A stretch of DNA of 64,000 bases from Candidatus Uhrbacteria bacterium. GTDB lineage: Bacteria > Patescibacteriota > Patescibacteriia > UBA9934 > GWF2-40-263. The stretch spans positions 11,054-75,053 of the forward strand of contig JBAXQK010000004.1 in NCBI GenBank assembly GCA_037131775.1. Direction: 5' to 3'. Below, piece by piece: positions 18,883-28,526 of the stretch (position 1 is its first letter; each line of letters starts with the position of its first letter). The notes under the pieces are model-generated. The model was given only the letters and a program-made list of their open reading frames with translations, was not told the origin of the DNA and did no database searches. The position numbers and the translations under genes were made by a program.

Positions 18883-19620
18883 TCAGATGCCGCGGAGGAT
18901 GTCGCGAACCGCTTCCACCCAGGCGATGTTCTCGTCGACGCGGTCGGTCATGCCGAACATACGGAGCTCGACCGTGCCGTGGCGGCTGACGCGGATGAGG
19001 TGCCAGCAGTTGCGGAGGTTCGCGGCGAACCCCTGTTCCTTGGCGACCGCGTCGAAGTGGTCCGGCGACTCGTAGATCGGCGGCTGCCAGTTGGTGGCCA
19101 TCATCTTGTACAGCCGGATGCGCTCGCCCACAGAGTGGTCGCCGAGAACGGCGAGCCTGTCGAGGTGCGGGACGAGGGCGTTGTGGACGGCGAGCGCCTC
19201 CTCGGCCGACGCGCACCCCACGTGGAAGTGGGTTCCGGTGACGCGGCAGGCCGCGGCGAGCACGTGGCCGGGGAGCGTCGCGACGATGTTCGCGTAGCGC
19301 TCGTCGTGGGGGTAGACGGTCAGAGGCATTTCGGCGGGCGCGACCTCGATCGCCGAGAGACGAAGGCCCAGGGATTCGGCGACGCGCGAGCCGCGGACGA
19401 TGCCGTTGCGAAGCGACGCGCGGATGTCGGCCAGCTCGAAGAGGGGATCGGTGCGGTGCTCGACCTGGCAGGCGGACAGCTCGTACGTCCAGGCCGGGTC
19501 GTTGATCGCGGCGAGGAAGTCGGGCGAGCGGGGGACGGGCGGGCCGTCCTCGTGCGTTCCCTCGAACCACGCAAGCAGGTGGTTCGGCTGGGTCAGGAAG
19601 AACTCGCGCTCCACGCCCAT
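18883..19620 (-). CDS. carboxylate-amine ligase, glutamate-cysteine ligase family 2 (YbdK-like)
   Basis: ATG at 19618-19620 (MGVEREFFL). GCS2 signatures ELSACQVE, TGTHFHVG, CWHLIRVSRHGTVELRMFG. Confidence 0.65.
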   Translation of the reverse strand: MGVEREFFLTQPNHLLAWFEGTHEDGPPVPRSPDFLAAINDPAWTYELSACQVEHRTDPLFELADIRASLRNGIVRGSRVAESLGLRLSAIEVAPAEMPLTVYPHDERYANIVATLPGHVLAAACRVTGTHFHVGCASAEEALAVHNALVPHLDRLAVLGDHSVGERIRLYKMMATNWQPPIYESPDHFDAVAKEQGFAANLRNCWHLIRVSRHGTVELRMFGMTDRVDENIAWVEAVRDILRGI

Positions 19621-19693
19621 GTGGCCGCGGAGGGAAGGGTCGTAGTTGATGAGGGAGAGAAGGGTCGGGGTTTGGCTGGACACGGTGAGACTC

Positions 19694-20002
19694 CTAGCGT
19701 TTTGTCTTGCGTTGCAGTACTTGAGCGAACCCGCCCTTGTCATTCGACAGCTCTCGCGAGCCGCGAGTGATTTTGGACAGGCTCACGCCGAGGGATTCGG
19801 CGATCTCCCGCTGGGGACGACCCTGTGAAAGCATTTTGACGATTCGCCAACGCAATGCCACGTCGCGATATTCGGCCGGAGTCAGCAGGTCGCGCAAAAA
19901 CTCTCGGAGCAGCGCCTTGCTCGGCGACACGGCCTGAAGGACGGAAACGACGTCGTCCATGAGCCGTTCGATCTGGTCGGTTGTGAGCTTTGTGTTGTTC
20001 AT
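19694..20002 (-). CDS. TrpR-like YerC/YecD family DNA-binding protein
   Basis: ATG at 20000-20002 (MNNTKLTT). Motif AEYRDVALRWRIVKMLSQG...IAESLGVSLSKITRGSREL. Confidence 0.7.
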   Translation of the reverse strand: MNNTKLTTDQIERLMDDVVSVLQAVSPSKALLREFLRDLLTPAEYRDVALRWRIVKMLSQGRPQREIAESLGVSLSKITRGSRELSNDKGGFAQVLQRKTKR

Positions 20003-20085
20003 AGGGAGTGGATAAATCTGTGTACCTGTGCATAGAAACATTCTATCCAATCGAAAATCCCCTGTCAAGCGCAGGGGATTTTTGC

Positions 20086-21093
20086 CTACGGAATCTGCGT
20101 CACGTACGCCATCAGGTACGTCCCGTCCTTCAGCCGGGTTACGGACGGGTCCTTTACGTACTCGGACTCGAGGGACGACGACGCGTCGAGGGCAAGGCGG
20201 ACGCCGGGGTCCGCTGTCCAGGTTGCGCCGTCCTTGGAGGAGAAGGAGCGGATGTCGGAATGCGTGAATCCGTACATGCGGTACCCGCCGTCGATTTGGA
20301 TCACGTTGGACATCACCATCTCCTTGCCGTCGATCGCGTATTGTTTGCGCGCCAATTCCGTGAATGCCTTTCCGTCCGCCGATGTCGCCTCGTACGACTG
20401 CGTGGTCTGTCCCGACAGGGTCATCATGTGCCAGGTGCTGCCGACGAGGTACGTGTTCGAGTCGAGCGCGGGCGGGTCGGCCTGGAAGGCGACCGCCTTC
20501 GTCGCGAATCGGATCCCGTCCGTCCCCTCGGAATAGAAGATCGCCGTCGTCCTCGTTCCGGGGATTCCGGACGTCGAGTACAGGCGGAACGTCCCGTCGT
20601 CGAGCAGGACGATGTCCGGGTCGCCGGAGTGCGCCATGCTGGACGAGCCGGAGAACTCAACGTTGTGAAACGACCATGTCGTGCCCTGGTCCTTTGAAAT
20701 TGCGACGCCCATCGCGTTGTTCTTCGTGCCCACCGTCCATCCCGAGAAGTAGAGGTACAGCGTTCCGTCGCCTGTCATCGCAAAGTCGGGCACGTTCGCC
20801 TGGTCGGAGACGATCTTGTTCGTCTTCGTAAACGAGAGGCCGTCCGCGGACGTCGCCGTCATGATCCGCCGCCGACCGGGAGTCTCGACCCCGGATGCCT
20901 CGTCTGCGCCGGTCGGCGGGACGTACGCTTCCGACGTCGCGGTAGGTTCCGTCGCCTGGACGGGCGTTGGACTCGTCGTCGATTCGACGCGGGCTGGCGG
21001 AAGCGACGGTCGTGCGAGTGGCTGCAGAGAGGAGGAACATCCGGATCCGACCAAAACGATTGCTGCGGCAATAAAGGAGAGGGTCATTTTCAT
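20086..21093 (-). CDS. BNR/Asp-box repeat lipoprotein (sialidase or glycosyl-hydrolase-like beta-propeller)
   Basis: ATG at 21091-21093. Lipobox LVGSGC. Asp-box repeats SKDQGTTWS and SKDGATWT. A cccctg/cagggg hairpin terminator is downstream. Confidence 0.6.
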   Translation of the reverse strand: MKMTLSFIAAAIVLVGSGCSSSLQPLARPSLPPARVESTTSPTPVQATEPTATSEAYVPPTGADEASGVETPGRRRIMTATSADGLSFTKTNKIVSDQANVPDFAMTGDGTLYLYFSGWTVGTKNNAMGVAISKDQGTTWSFHNVEFSGSSSMAHSGDPDIVLLDDGTFRLYSTSGIPGTRTTAIFYSEGTDGIRFATKAVAFQADPPALDSNTYLVGSTWHMMTLSGQTTQSYEATSADGKAFTELARKQYAIDGKEMVMSNVIQIDGGYRMYGFTHSDIRSFSSKDGATWTADPGVRLALDASSSLESEYVKDPSVTRLKDGTYLMAYVTQIP

Positions 21094-21138
21094 ACCCGAC
21101 CAGTATAACAAAAATACTCCTCGAACGAGGAGTATTTT

Positions 21139-21213
21139 TGGAGCGGGAAACGGGGATCGAACCCGCGGCCTTCTCCTTGGCAAGGAGACGCTCTACCACT
21201 GAGCTATTCCCGC
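21139..21213 (-). tRNA. tRNA-Gly (GCC)
   Basis: GCGGGAATAGCTCAGTGGTAGAGCGTCTCCTTGCCAAGGAGAAGGCCGCGGGTTCGATCCCCGTTTCCCGCTCCA. Confidence 0.85.
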
Positions 21214-21261
21214 AGCTCTGCGACGGGAGGATATCACAGGGGGTCTTTGCGTGCAAGTTGG

Positions 21262-21717
21262 CTAGATTCCAACCACGGATTCTATGCGGTTTATGCGCCG
21301 GGTACACGCGGTCATGTCCGTGTCGAGACGCTTCGACCGCTCGCTTGTCTGCGCGAATCCGTCTCGGATTTCCGTTTCCATACGAACGAAATGGCTGTCT
21401 GTCGCCTCGAAACGCTTGTCTACCGCGTTAAATCGGTCGTCCATCTCATCGAAGCCCTGCTTGACGGCAGTGGCCAAATCGTCGATCGATTCTTCTAAGG
21501 CGTCGAACCGCGTATCCATCGCGTCGAACCGCATGTCTGCCGCGTCGAACCGCGTATCCATCGCGTCGAACCGCTTGTCTGCCGCGTCGAACCGAGCGTC
21601 CATCGTCTCGAACCGCGTGTCGACCGCCTCAAATTTCTCGTCCATGTGGACGAGTAGGAAATCAAGCTTTTGGTTGAGCTGCGCGAAGCTATCTTCCATA
21701 GTATGGGCGCTGCTCAA
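21262..21717 (-). CDS. coiled-coil protein with six tandem 7-aa (21-nt) D-x-R-F-D-A-x repeats
   Basis: Repeat block at ~21499..21625. Alternative start MEDSFAQ at 21699. Confidence 0.5.
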   Translation of the reverse strand: MSSAHTMEDSFAQLNQKLDFLLVHMDEKFEAVDTRFETMDARFDAADKRFDAMDTRFDAADMRFDAMDTRFDALEESIDDLATAVKQGFDEMDDRFNAVDKRFEATDSHFVRMETEIRDGFAQTSERSKRLDTDMTACTRRINRIESVVGI

Positions 21718-21961
21718 GTCTTAGAATCCTGTCTTCCAGACGGTCGTCGCGATGCAGTCCGGCCGCGAACCCGTCGATGTGGCGGGTGAGCTTCTCGAAG
21801 CTGTCATTCGCGAGCGAGAAGCCAAGGTCCATGTCGGAGTGTATCTCGTCGAAGTTGAACTCGAGCACGTCGGAGCGAAGCGTCAGGGTTTTTATGTCAT
21901 CCATTAGCGTTTCCACGTTCTTCGCCGTCTGAACGATCAGTTGTTTTGTTTCCTCGTCCAT
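21689..21961 (-). CDS. small coiled-coil hypothetical protein
   Basis: 90 aa, overlaps the previous gene slightly, same orientation. Confidence 0.4.
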   Translation of the reverse strand: MDEETKQLIVQTAKNVETLMDDIKTLTLRSDVLEFNFDEIHSDMDLGFSLANDSFEKLTRHIDGFAAGLHRDDRLEDRILRLEQRPYYGR

Positions 21962-22033
21962 ATCGGTTCGATTATAACATGAATAATTCTGCAGGGAAGC
22001 CCCGCACCATGCGGTGCGGGGCGGGCCCCGTTT

Positions 22034-22237
22034 CTATGCTCCGGCGGCCTTGTTCTTGCCGTGCCGTGCCCAGTAGATGCCGGCGTTATTGCCGGCAACG
22101 TACTGCGCCTTGGCGGTGCCGATGATGAATTCGCGGAACCGGGAGATCCCATCGTCGTCGAGACCGACTTCCTCGGCGAGCGCGTTGATCTTGCCGACGA
22201 GCTGGACGAGCCAAAGGGGTTTCTTTTCTTCGGGCAT
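22034..22237 (-). CDS. small hypothetical protein (67 aa)
   Basis: Compact ORF with non-repetitive composition. Confidence 0.35.
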   Translation of the reverse strand: MPEEKKPLWLVQLVGKINALAEEVGLDDDGISRFREFIIGTAKAQYVAGNNAGIYWARHGKNKAAGA

Positions 22238-22362
22238 ATGGGTTGGGTTATGTTTGTTGAGAGGGTGAGGCCTCGTTCACGGCCTGCCGCAGAAGGTCTA
22301 CGACGTATTCGCCGAGCAGCGTGGCGACCGTGGACGAGACCCCGTAAGCGAATGCCTTGGTT

Positions 22363-25359
22363 TCAATGCGCCGCCTGAGCAGCGACGCGGAGAGCGCGCG
22401 TCTTTGCATAGAGTTTCCATGCGGGAATTAGCTTGCGCCCGCCGAGGGCGAGCAGGCTGAGCAGGGTTCCCGCGGTGATGACGCCCGCGGCCTGCTGGTC
22501 GCCCGATGCCTGGGCGGCCCTTCCGGTCGGGACGGTCGCGGCGGACGTTGCCGGAGTCGCGGCCTGAGTGACGGAGATGTCGTCGGGAGAGCGGGGAAGA
22601 AGCGTCAGCGTCCCGCCGGCGGCGACGAGAATCCCGGTCACCTCGACCGTCGTGCCCTTGGCGAATACGGACGCGTCGATTCCCGTTCCTTCTGCCACGC
22701 GGACGGCAATCTGCGCTCCGTGGTCCTCGAGCGTGGCGTGCGACCCGGATCGGACCAAGACGATTCCGGCGACGCGCAGCAGCCTGCCGTGGTCCTCTTC
22801 AGAAATGTCCGCGATCGACGTCGGCTCGGCGGCCTCCGGCTCGGCGGAACTCACGATGGAGATCGAGTCTTTTTTTCCGACCTTCAGCCGCTCCTCGCCG
22901 TGGGCTTCCGACGTCGTTCCCGTGATCGTCACCACGTCTCCCTCCTTTAAGTCCGGGAAGTCCGCGTCATTCTTATAAACCTGGACCCCTCCGTCGCCGT
23001 CGTCCACGTAGAAGATCTGCTTTCCGAGCACGCCCGGCGCGACGAGAACGGTTCCGCTAACCCGCGAGTGGCTCACGCTCCCGCCAGAAGAGGATGCTGG
23101 GGCCATTGGGGCGGAAGGGGTCGCAGTGACGCCTGCCGAAACAGCGCCCGGTTTAGCTCCCGTAACGTTCCCCGACCAAACCCACTTGGAATCCTGAAGT
23201 CGGAGGATAGAGCCGATGGGGGGCGAGTCATAGGAGATGGAATCAATGAGCGTGCCATCCGGCGCGGAAAGCGCGACGGAGTCGCTCGTGTTGTTAAGGA
23301 CGATCTTCGTTGTCGCGCGGAACAGGGTGAGGGTCGCGCCGGGCTCGATTTGCATCGGGGAACTCGGCGAGAACGTCTTGCCGGACGCGTCCGTGACGCT
23401 CCAGCCTTGGAGGTCGACGACGGCGGTTCCGAAGTTCTCGATCGCAATGAACTCCTCTGCCGAGTCGTCGCCGGTTGCGTTCGGATAGATCTCGTGGAGA
23501 CGGAGCGTCGTCGGGCCGGGGAGCTCCACGAAGGTCGGTTCGACTGCCGGCTCGATTGTCGGCATGGGCGTCGTGCTCGAGGCGGTTGGAATCGTCGGCT
23601 GGTCGACGACGGGTTGTGGGTTTGAGTCTGAGTTGTTGCTCGTTTGGGGTGCAGGCTCGACGGTCTCGGCGACGGCGGACGGAACGGTCGCGTCCTCCGC
23701 GTCGAACCGGTTCTCGGCGCCAGGCGTCAGGGCGCTCGTGACGGACCATGCGCCGTCGGCGTTCCTGGCAAGCGCGTTCGGCTTCTTTGGGATCGTCTCG
23801 CCGCCGGTTCCGTAGGCGACCGCGTCCACGACGGACCCGCTCGGGTCGACGAGCTCGATCGTGTCGCCGTCGTTGTTCAGCTTGCCGGACGGATTCGTCA
23901 CGACCGCGAACTGTCCGAGACCGAGCAGCTGGTCCGGAAGCGCGGTCGCCTTCCGCGTGGCGTCGCGCACCGTCCATCCGGAAAGGTCGATCACGTTGTT
24001 GAACGGGTTGAGGATCTCGATCCACTCGGCCGTCGCGTCGGAGACGAACTCGTTGAGGAGAAGGGTTCTGGAAGGGAAGGAGGAGACGATCGGAGTGATC
24101 GAGACCATTTGGATTGGGGTTGTCTCGGACGGCACGATGGTTGGCGTCTCGATCCGTTCGGTTGTCACGTTGGAAATCGTCGAAAGTGAGGACGTTCCCT
24201 CCGGCGTTTCCCCTCCTTCGTTCAAGGAGGGGGTAGGGGTGGTCATCGGGATGGCAATCTCCTCGGCCGCGGACAACGATGCCTCGACGCGGATTTCGAC
24301 GATTGTCTCGGGAACGATGTCGACGATCTCGACGGGTTGTTCCGCGACGATCTCGACGGGATCGCTGGCCGCCACCGTTTCCTCGATCGTCGGGGCTGTT
24401 TCGATCAAGGGGGTCTCCGTGCTTGCCATCATTGGCCCGGTCGTTGAGACGATGACGTCCGGCTCTGCATTCGGCGGCATGTCCGTGACGGCAGGATCCG
24501 TGCTGGCTGGGGCTGGTTCCGATGTCGGCGCGGGAACAGCGTCGGCCATTGCCATCGTCGCATTCTCGACGACCACCCCTGACCCCTCCTGCCTATCAGG
24601 AGGGGAAACGAGTTCGGGAGGCGTTTCGGTTTCGACGATCAGTGACGATTCAGTCGCGGGCGTGGGTTCTAACGCAACGATAGGTGTCGCGTCGGGCATG
24701 GGTGTCGATTCCGACGCGACGACCGGGGCCGGCACGAACCAGTTCTCGATAACGCCCGGCGTTCCCACGTCCGTCGTCCCGGCGTCGAACCCTTCCGATC
24801 TCGTCGCGGTCTCCCAGGACGTGGCAGCCGTTCCGTCCGCTACGGGAGCGAGTCGAACCATGGAGGCAAATCCGATTCCAGGAGATGCAGTTCCTCCTCC
24901 AACTCTTCCTGCCAGGGGAGTGCTCCCGGATCCGGCAGCGTCGCGGACGGTCCCACTGGCATCGACGAGACCGAGAGCCAGAGCAGCGTTGGATAGGGAG
25001 ACGGAGACGGTAACGTAATCCGGAGCGCGGGCAAGGGAGGACTTTGCATTGGATTGGTCATAATTAGAAATGAGAAAGGTGGAATGAGGCGGGATGGACT
25101 TTCCGGCCGGGATCGCGAGCGACCCGCCGCTCGACGCGGCGCCGGTGACCGTCCATCCGGAAAGGTCGATCGCGTCGTCCGTGAGGTTCGTGAGCTCGAG
25201 CCACTCGTCGACGGTCGACAGCGACGATCCGGCCCAGCCGATTTCCGAGACGATGATCGTCGGGGTAGAAAGCGTCGCGGCGCGTGACGCGAGCGGCATC
25301 GCGATGAGCGTCGCCGCGGTTCCGGCAGCGAGAAACAACCGTCCTATGTGTGCGTTCAT
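22363..25359 (-). CDS. giant lamin-tail-domain (LTD) surface protein with C-terminal TM anchor
   Basis: 998 aa. Signal peptide. Three LTD-like modules (SEIGWAGS...EWLELTNLTDDAIDLSGWTV; NEFVSDATAEWIEILNPFNNVIDLSGWTV; HEIYPNATGDDSAEEFIAIENFGTAVVDLQGWSV). Pro/Thr/Ser/Val/Glu-rich linkers. TTGACA-N17-TGTAAT promoter candidate at ~25406..25483. Confidence 0.75.
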   Translation of the reverse strand: MNAHIGRLFLAAGTAATLIAMPLASRAATLSTPTIIVSEIGWAGSSLSTVDEWLELTNLTDDAIDLSGWTVTGAASSGGSLAIPAGKSIPPHSTFLISNYDQSNAKSSLARAPDYVTVSVSLSNAALALGLVDASGTVRDAAGSGSTPLAGRVGGGTASPGIGFASMVRLAPVADGTAATSWETATRSEGFDAGTTDVGTPGVIENWFVPAPVVASESTPMPDATPIVALEPTPATESSLIVETETPPELVSPPDRQEGSGVVVENATMAMADAVPAPTSEPAPASTDPAVTDMPPNAEPDVIVSTTGPMMASTETPLIETAPTIEETVAASDPVEIVAEQPVEIVDIVPETIVEIRVEASLSAAEEIAIPMTTPTPSLNEGGETPEGTSSLSTISNVTTERIETPTIVPSETTPIQMVSITPIVSSFPSRTLLLNEFVSDATAEWIEILNPFNNVIDLSGWTVRDATRKATALPDQLLGLGQFAVVTNPSGKLNNDGDTIELVDPSGSVVDAVAYGTGGETIPKKPNALARNADGAWSVTSALTPGAENRFDAEDATVPSAVAETVEPAPQTSNNSDSNPQPVVDQPTIPTASSTTPMPTIEPAVEPTFVELPGPTTLRLHEIYPNATGDDSAEEFIAIENFGTAVVDLQGWSVTDASGKTFSPSSPMQIEPGATLTLFRATTKIVLNNTSDSVALSAPDGTLIDSISYDSPPIGSILRLQDSKWVWSGNVTGAKPGAVSAGVTATPSAPMAPASSSGGSVSHSRVSGTVLVAPGVLGKQIFYVDDGDGGVQVYKNDADFPDLKEGDVVTITGTTSEAHGEERLKVGKKDSISIVSSAEPEAAEPTSIADISEEDHGRLLRVAGIVLVRSGSHATLEDHGAQIAVRVAEGTGIDASVFAKGTTVEVTGILVAAGGTLTLLPRSPDDISVTQAATPATSAATVPTGRAAQASGDQQAAGVITAGTLLSLLALGGRKLIPAWKLYAKTRALRVAAQAAH

Positions 25360-25540
25360 AGAAGTTTTTTCGGTTCGATTGAGTGAGTCTCCGCCGGCCG
25401 GCGAATAAAAATCCCCCGCCCGATTGCAATCGGGAGAGGGACTTATCTTGTTTCCATTACATCAAAAAAAAGTGATTTTGTCAACGGGTTTCATGTGGAT
25501 AAATTGTATTGCGCGCCATTTTCCGGTACGATCTTCGCAC

Positions 25541-25624
25541 GCCGAGGTGGTGAAATGGCAGACACGCCAGCCTTAGGAGCTGGTGGAGCAATCCGTGCGG
25601 GTTCGAGTCCCGCCCCCGGCACCA
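25541..25624 (+). tRNA. tRNA-Leu (TAG)
   Basis: 84 nt, anticodon loop CTTAGGA, long variable arm, T-arm GCGGGTTCGAGTCCCGC, encoded CCA. Confidence 0.8.
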
Positions 25625-25704
25625 GGATATTGAAAAAAATTTTGAAAACCAACCGTATGAACCTGCGCTCGCCGATGTTTCCGAGAAGCATGGAGGGACG
25701 AAAT

Positions 25705-26748
25705 ATGGATGTTCAGGTTATTCGTGTGGACCGGCCCGACGCGATCAACCTGCAGGCGTTGTCGCAGGAGTTCGTCGACCTTCTTGCTTCCGGTCGCGAG
25801 GGATTGTCCCGTGTTCCGGAAGCGCGCATGCAAAACCACATCCTTCGCGGTCTGCTGTCCAAGCAGATATACGCGAACATGTTTTTTTCCGCATGGAAGC
25901 AGGCGGGCGGGGTCTATGCCGACGCGAACAACGTGCTGAACGTCAGCTCCTATGATCGATATCAGGGAAAATTCGTCGAGGAGAACGCGACCGTCTACAT
26001 GAGACGCGTTGAGACTGGCATAAGAAATATGGTCGACGTCGTGGCCGAGCGACAAAAACTCGCGCAAAATCTTCCGCCGGGGATCTGCCGCTATTGGGGA
26101 ACAAACGACGTGGCCGACGCACACAGTCAGGTCGACCTCTTTGAGATTGACTCCATGAACGACGCGAACGACGTGCCCATGTCCATCGAGCGGGTCGCGC
26201 TGATCCAGGCGAAGTCTCCGGGGGTCAACGCGACGCCGAGGGACATTGCCAGCAGCGAAGACGCCCACCAGAAATTCATCGAGTCGATCGGCGATTACCG
26301 TAGGGAAGAGGATACTCGAGTTCGACGCATTGCCGATCGTTTGCTTCCTTTGAACGCGCTTGGACTTCCGCCGCTCCACGAAGATTTTTTCGACTTGGTC
26401 CTTAGGCCGAATACGCAGGTTGTGGACATCGCGAACCATGCGGGCGCGATGTCCCACGCGGATCAATTGATCCTGTCCGCGCTTTGCGCACGGACGGAAC
26501 GAATGCGGGAATACGCGCAAATTTTCGACATTCCTGAGCAGGGACTTTTGAACGCGGAGACGCTGTCCAGGGCGTATCTTGGACAGAACCCGCTGACAGT
26601 AGAGCGGGCGCGCCAGGCGGGGATTGAAAGCGGGCCGCGAATATTTTCCACGACGCGATTCGAATCCCTCTTCATGTCGGGGAAAACGGTCGTTAACACG
26701 AGGGTTCTGAACGCGGGCCAGGGGAGGCTCTTGACAGACTTACCATAA
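25705..26748 (+). CDS. hypothetical protein
   Basis: ATG at 25705 preceded by SD GGAGGG. The annotated ORF start at 25495 would run through the tRNA. Confidence 0.5.
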   Translation: MDVQVIRVDRPDAINLQALSQEFVDLLASGREGLSRVPEARMQNHILRGLLSKQIYANMFFSAWKQAGGVYADANNVLNVSSYDRYQGKFVEENATVYMRRVETGIRNMVDVVAERQKLAQNLPPGICRYWGTNDVADAHSQVDLFEIDSMNDANDVPMSIERVALIQAKSPGVNATPRDIASSEDAHQKFIESIGDYRREEDTRVRRIADRLLPLNALGLPPLHEDFFDLVLRPNTQVVDIANHAGAMSHADQLILSALCARTERMREYAQIFDIPEQGLLNAETLSRAYLGQNPLTVERARQAGIESGPRIFSTTRFESLFMSGKTVVNTRVLNAGQGRLLTDLP

Positions 26749-26756
26749 TAGCTATT

Positions 26757-27059
26757 ATGAGCACGCAACAAACGCAGGGAGGAAGCATGGCTTCACAAGT
26801 AATACCACAGGTCGTTCAGGACGCAATGCTCGAGCTTGGAGTCGTTCCGCTCTCGGGAGACCTTGATTCCGACGTCGACCTCGCGCAGGCAATCGACCTG
26901 TCGCTGGATCGGTTCGGGCTTGTCATGCAGTTCGCGCTGTCGCCCGCGTGCGAGGACATCGTAGCCAAGGTTCGCGCGAAAACGATCGAGCGGAAAGCGT
27001 TCTGGCACGACGTGTTCGAGCGCTACCAGGCCGTCCAAACCTCCCCGTCCCCCTCATGA
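26757..27059 (+). CDS. small hypothetical protein
   Basis: 100 aa acidic ORF between the hypothetical gene and lysC. Weak support. Confidence 0.3.
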   Translation: MSTQQTQGGSMASQVIPQVVQDAMLELGVVPLSGDLDSDVDLAQAIDLSLDRFGLVMQFALSPACEDIVAKVRAKTIERKAFWHDVFERYQAVQTSPSPS

Positions 27060-27131
27060 CCGTCGTTTCGACGGTCTTTTTCTTGCCAAACCGAGCCTCG
27101 ACCGATAGGATCCACACGGAGGTACGGAAAC

Positions 27132-28460
27132 ATGGGAGATCGAATCGTGCTGAAGTTCGGCGGAACCTCGATGGGGACGGCGGAGGCCATGCGGAAGGCG
27201 AGCGCGATCGTGCGCGCTGTCGACGGCGATGCCGTCGTGGTGGTGTCGGCGGTGTCCGGGACCACGGACGCGCTCATCGCGCTCGGGGAGCTGGCGCTGT
27301 CCGGCGGCCGCTGGCAGGGTGCGCTTGACCGGCTGATGGCCCGGCACGCGACCATCGTCGTCGAGCTTGGCATGAGCCTGGACCTGTCCGAGTTTTGGGC
27401 GGAAATCGAGAGGATCTGCCAGGGGGTGGAGATGCTCGGCGAGCTTTCGACCGCCACGAAAGACCGGTTGCACGGGTTCGGCGAGCGGATGAGCGCGACG
27501 ATCTTCGCCGAGCTTCTCCTTGCCGACGGCGCGCGCGCCCAGGCGACCGACGCATTCCGTCTCATCGCGACCGACGACCAGTTCGGTTCCGCGAGCGTCG
27601 ACTTCGCGACGACCAATGCGCGCGCGGCCGCCATCCTTTTCCCGATGCTCTCCGAGTCGGCGATCCCGGTCGTAACCGGCTTCATCGGGCAGTCCGCGTC
27701 GGGCAAATATTCGACGCTCGGACGCGGCGGAAGCGACTACAGCGCGGCGATCGTCGCGGCCGCCGTGGACGCGACCGAGCTGCAGATCTGGACGGACGTG
27801 GACGGGATGTTCACGGCCGACCCAAACGTGATCTCGTCGGCGACCGCGCTCCCGCACCTTTCGTATCTGGAGGCGGGGGAGCTCGCGTATTTCGGCGCGA
27901 AGGTCGTGCACCCGAAGACGATCGTTCCCGCGATCGAGAAGGGCATCCCGGTGCGCGTCCTCAACACGTTCAACCCCGAGGCGCCGGGAACGCTCATCAC
28001 GAGCGAGGCGCGGCCGTCGATCAAGTCGGTCACGTCGAAGAAGAAGGGCATCACGGTCATCAGCGTGGTGTCGCTCGGCATGCTCGGCGCGCACGGGTTT
28101 CTCGCCAGGATCTTCGAGACCTTCGCGCGGCACGAGGTGGTCGTGGACGTTGTCTCGACCTCGGAGGTCAGCGTGTCCGTGACCGTCGACCGCGCCGTCC
28201 CGCAGGGACTCCTCGACGACTTGCGCGCGTTCGCGACCGTCGAGGTCGAGCCCGGCATGGCGATCGTCTGCATCGTGGGCGACGGGATCCGCACGCAGCC
28301 CGACGTGCTCGCGAGGCTGTTCGCCGCGGTCGGCTCCATCCCGGTCAGTATGGTGTCGCAGGGCGCCTCCAAGCGAAGCGTCACGTTCGTCGTCGCGGAG
28401 ACGGACGCGAACGAGGCGGTCCGCCGCGTCTTCGAGGCATTCTTTCTCGGGCAACCTTAG
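27132..28460 (+). CDS. lysC: aspartate kinase
   Basis: N-terminal KFGGTSMG kinase motif, full-length aspartokinase similarity, C-terminal ACT domains. Confidence 0.9.
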   Translation: MGDRIVLKFGGTSMGTAEAMRKASAIVRAVDGDAVVVVSAVSGTTDALIALGELALSGGRWQGALDRLMARHATIVVELGMSLDLSEFWAEIERICQGVEMLGELSTATKDRLHGFGERMSATIFAELLLADGARAQATDAFRLIATDDQFGSASVDFATTNARAAAILFPMLSESAIPVVTGFIGQSASGKYSTLGRGGSDYSAAIVAAAVDATELQIWTDVDGMFTADPNVISSATALPHLSYLEAGELAYFGAKVVHPKTIVPAIEKGIPVRVLNTFNPEAPGTLITSEARPSIKSVTSKKKGITVISVVSLGMLGAHGFLARIFETFARHEVVVDVVSTSEVSVSVTVDRAVPQGLLDDLRAFATVEVEPGMAIVCIVGDGIRTQPDVLARLFAAVGSIPVSMVSQGASKRSVTFVVAETDANEAVRRVFEAFFLGQP

Positions 28461-28526
28461 CGGGTTGCCTTTTTTCGTCCCGTCGACTATCATCCCGCCA
28501 CACCCAACTGCCTTAGGAGACATCTC

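Noticed and set aside
25441-25705. A mobile element integrated at tRNA-Leu(TAG), with genes 25705..27059 as cargo.
   Set aside because: No direct repeat of the tRNA 3' end was found downstream and there is no integrase. The downstream genes simply continue into lysC and pyrF.
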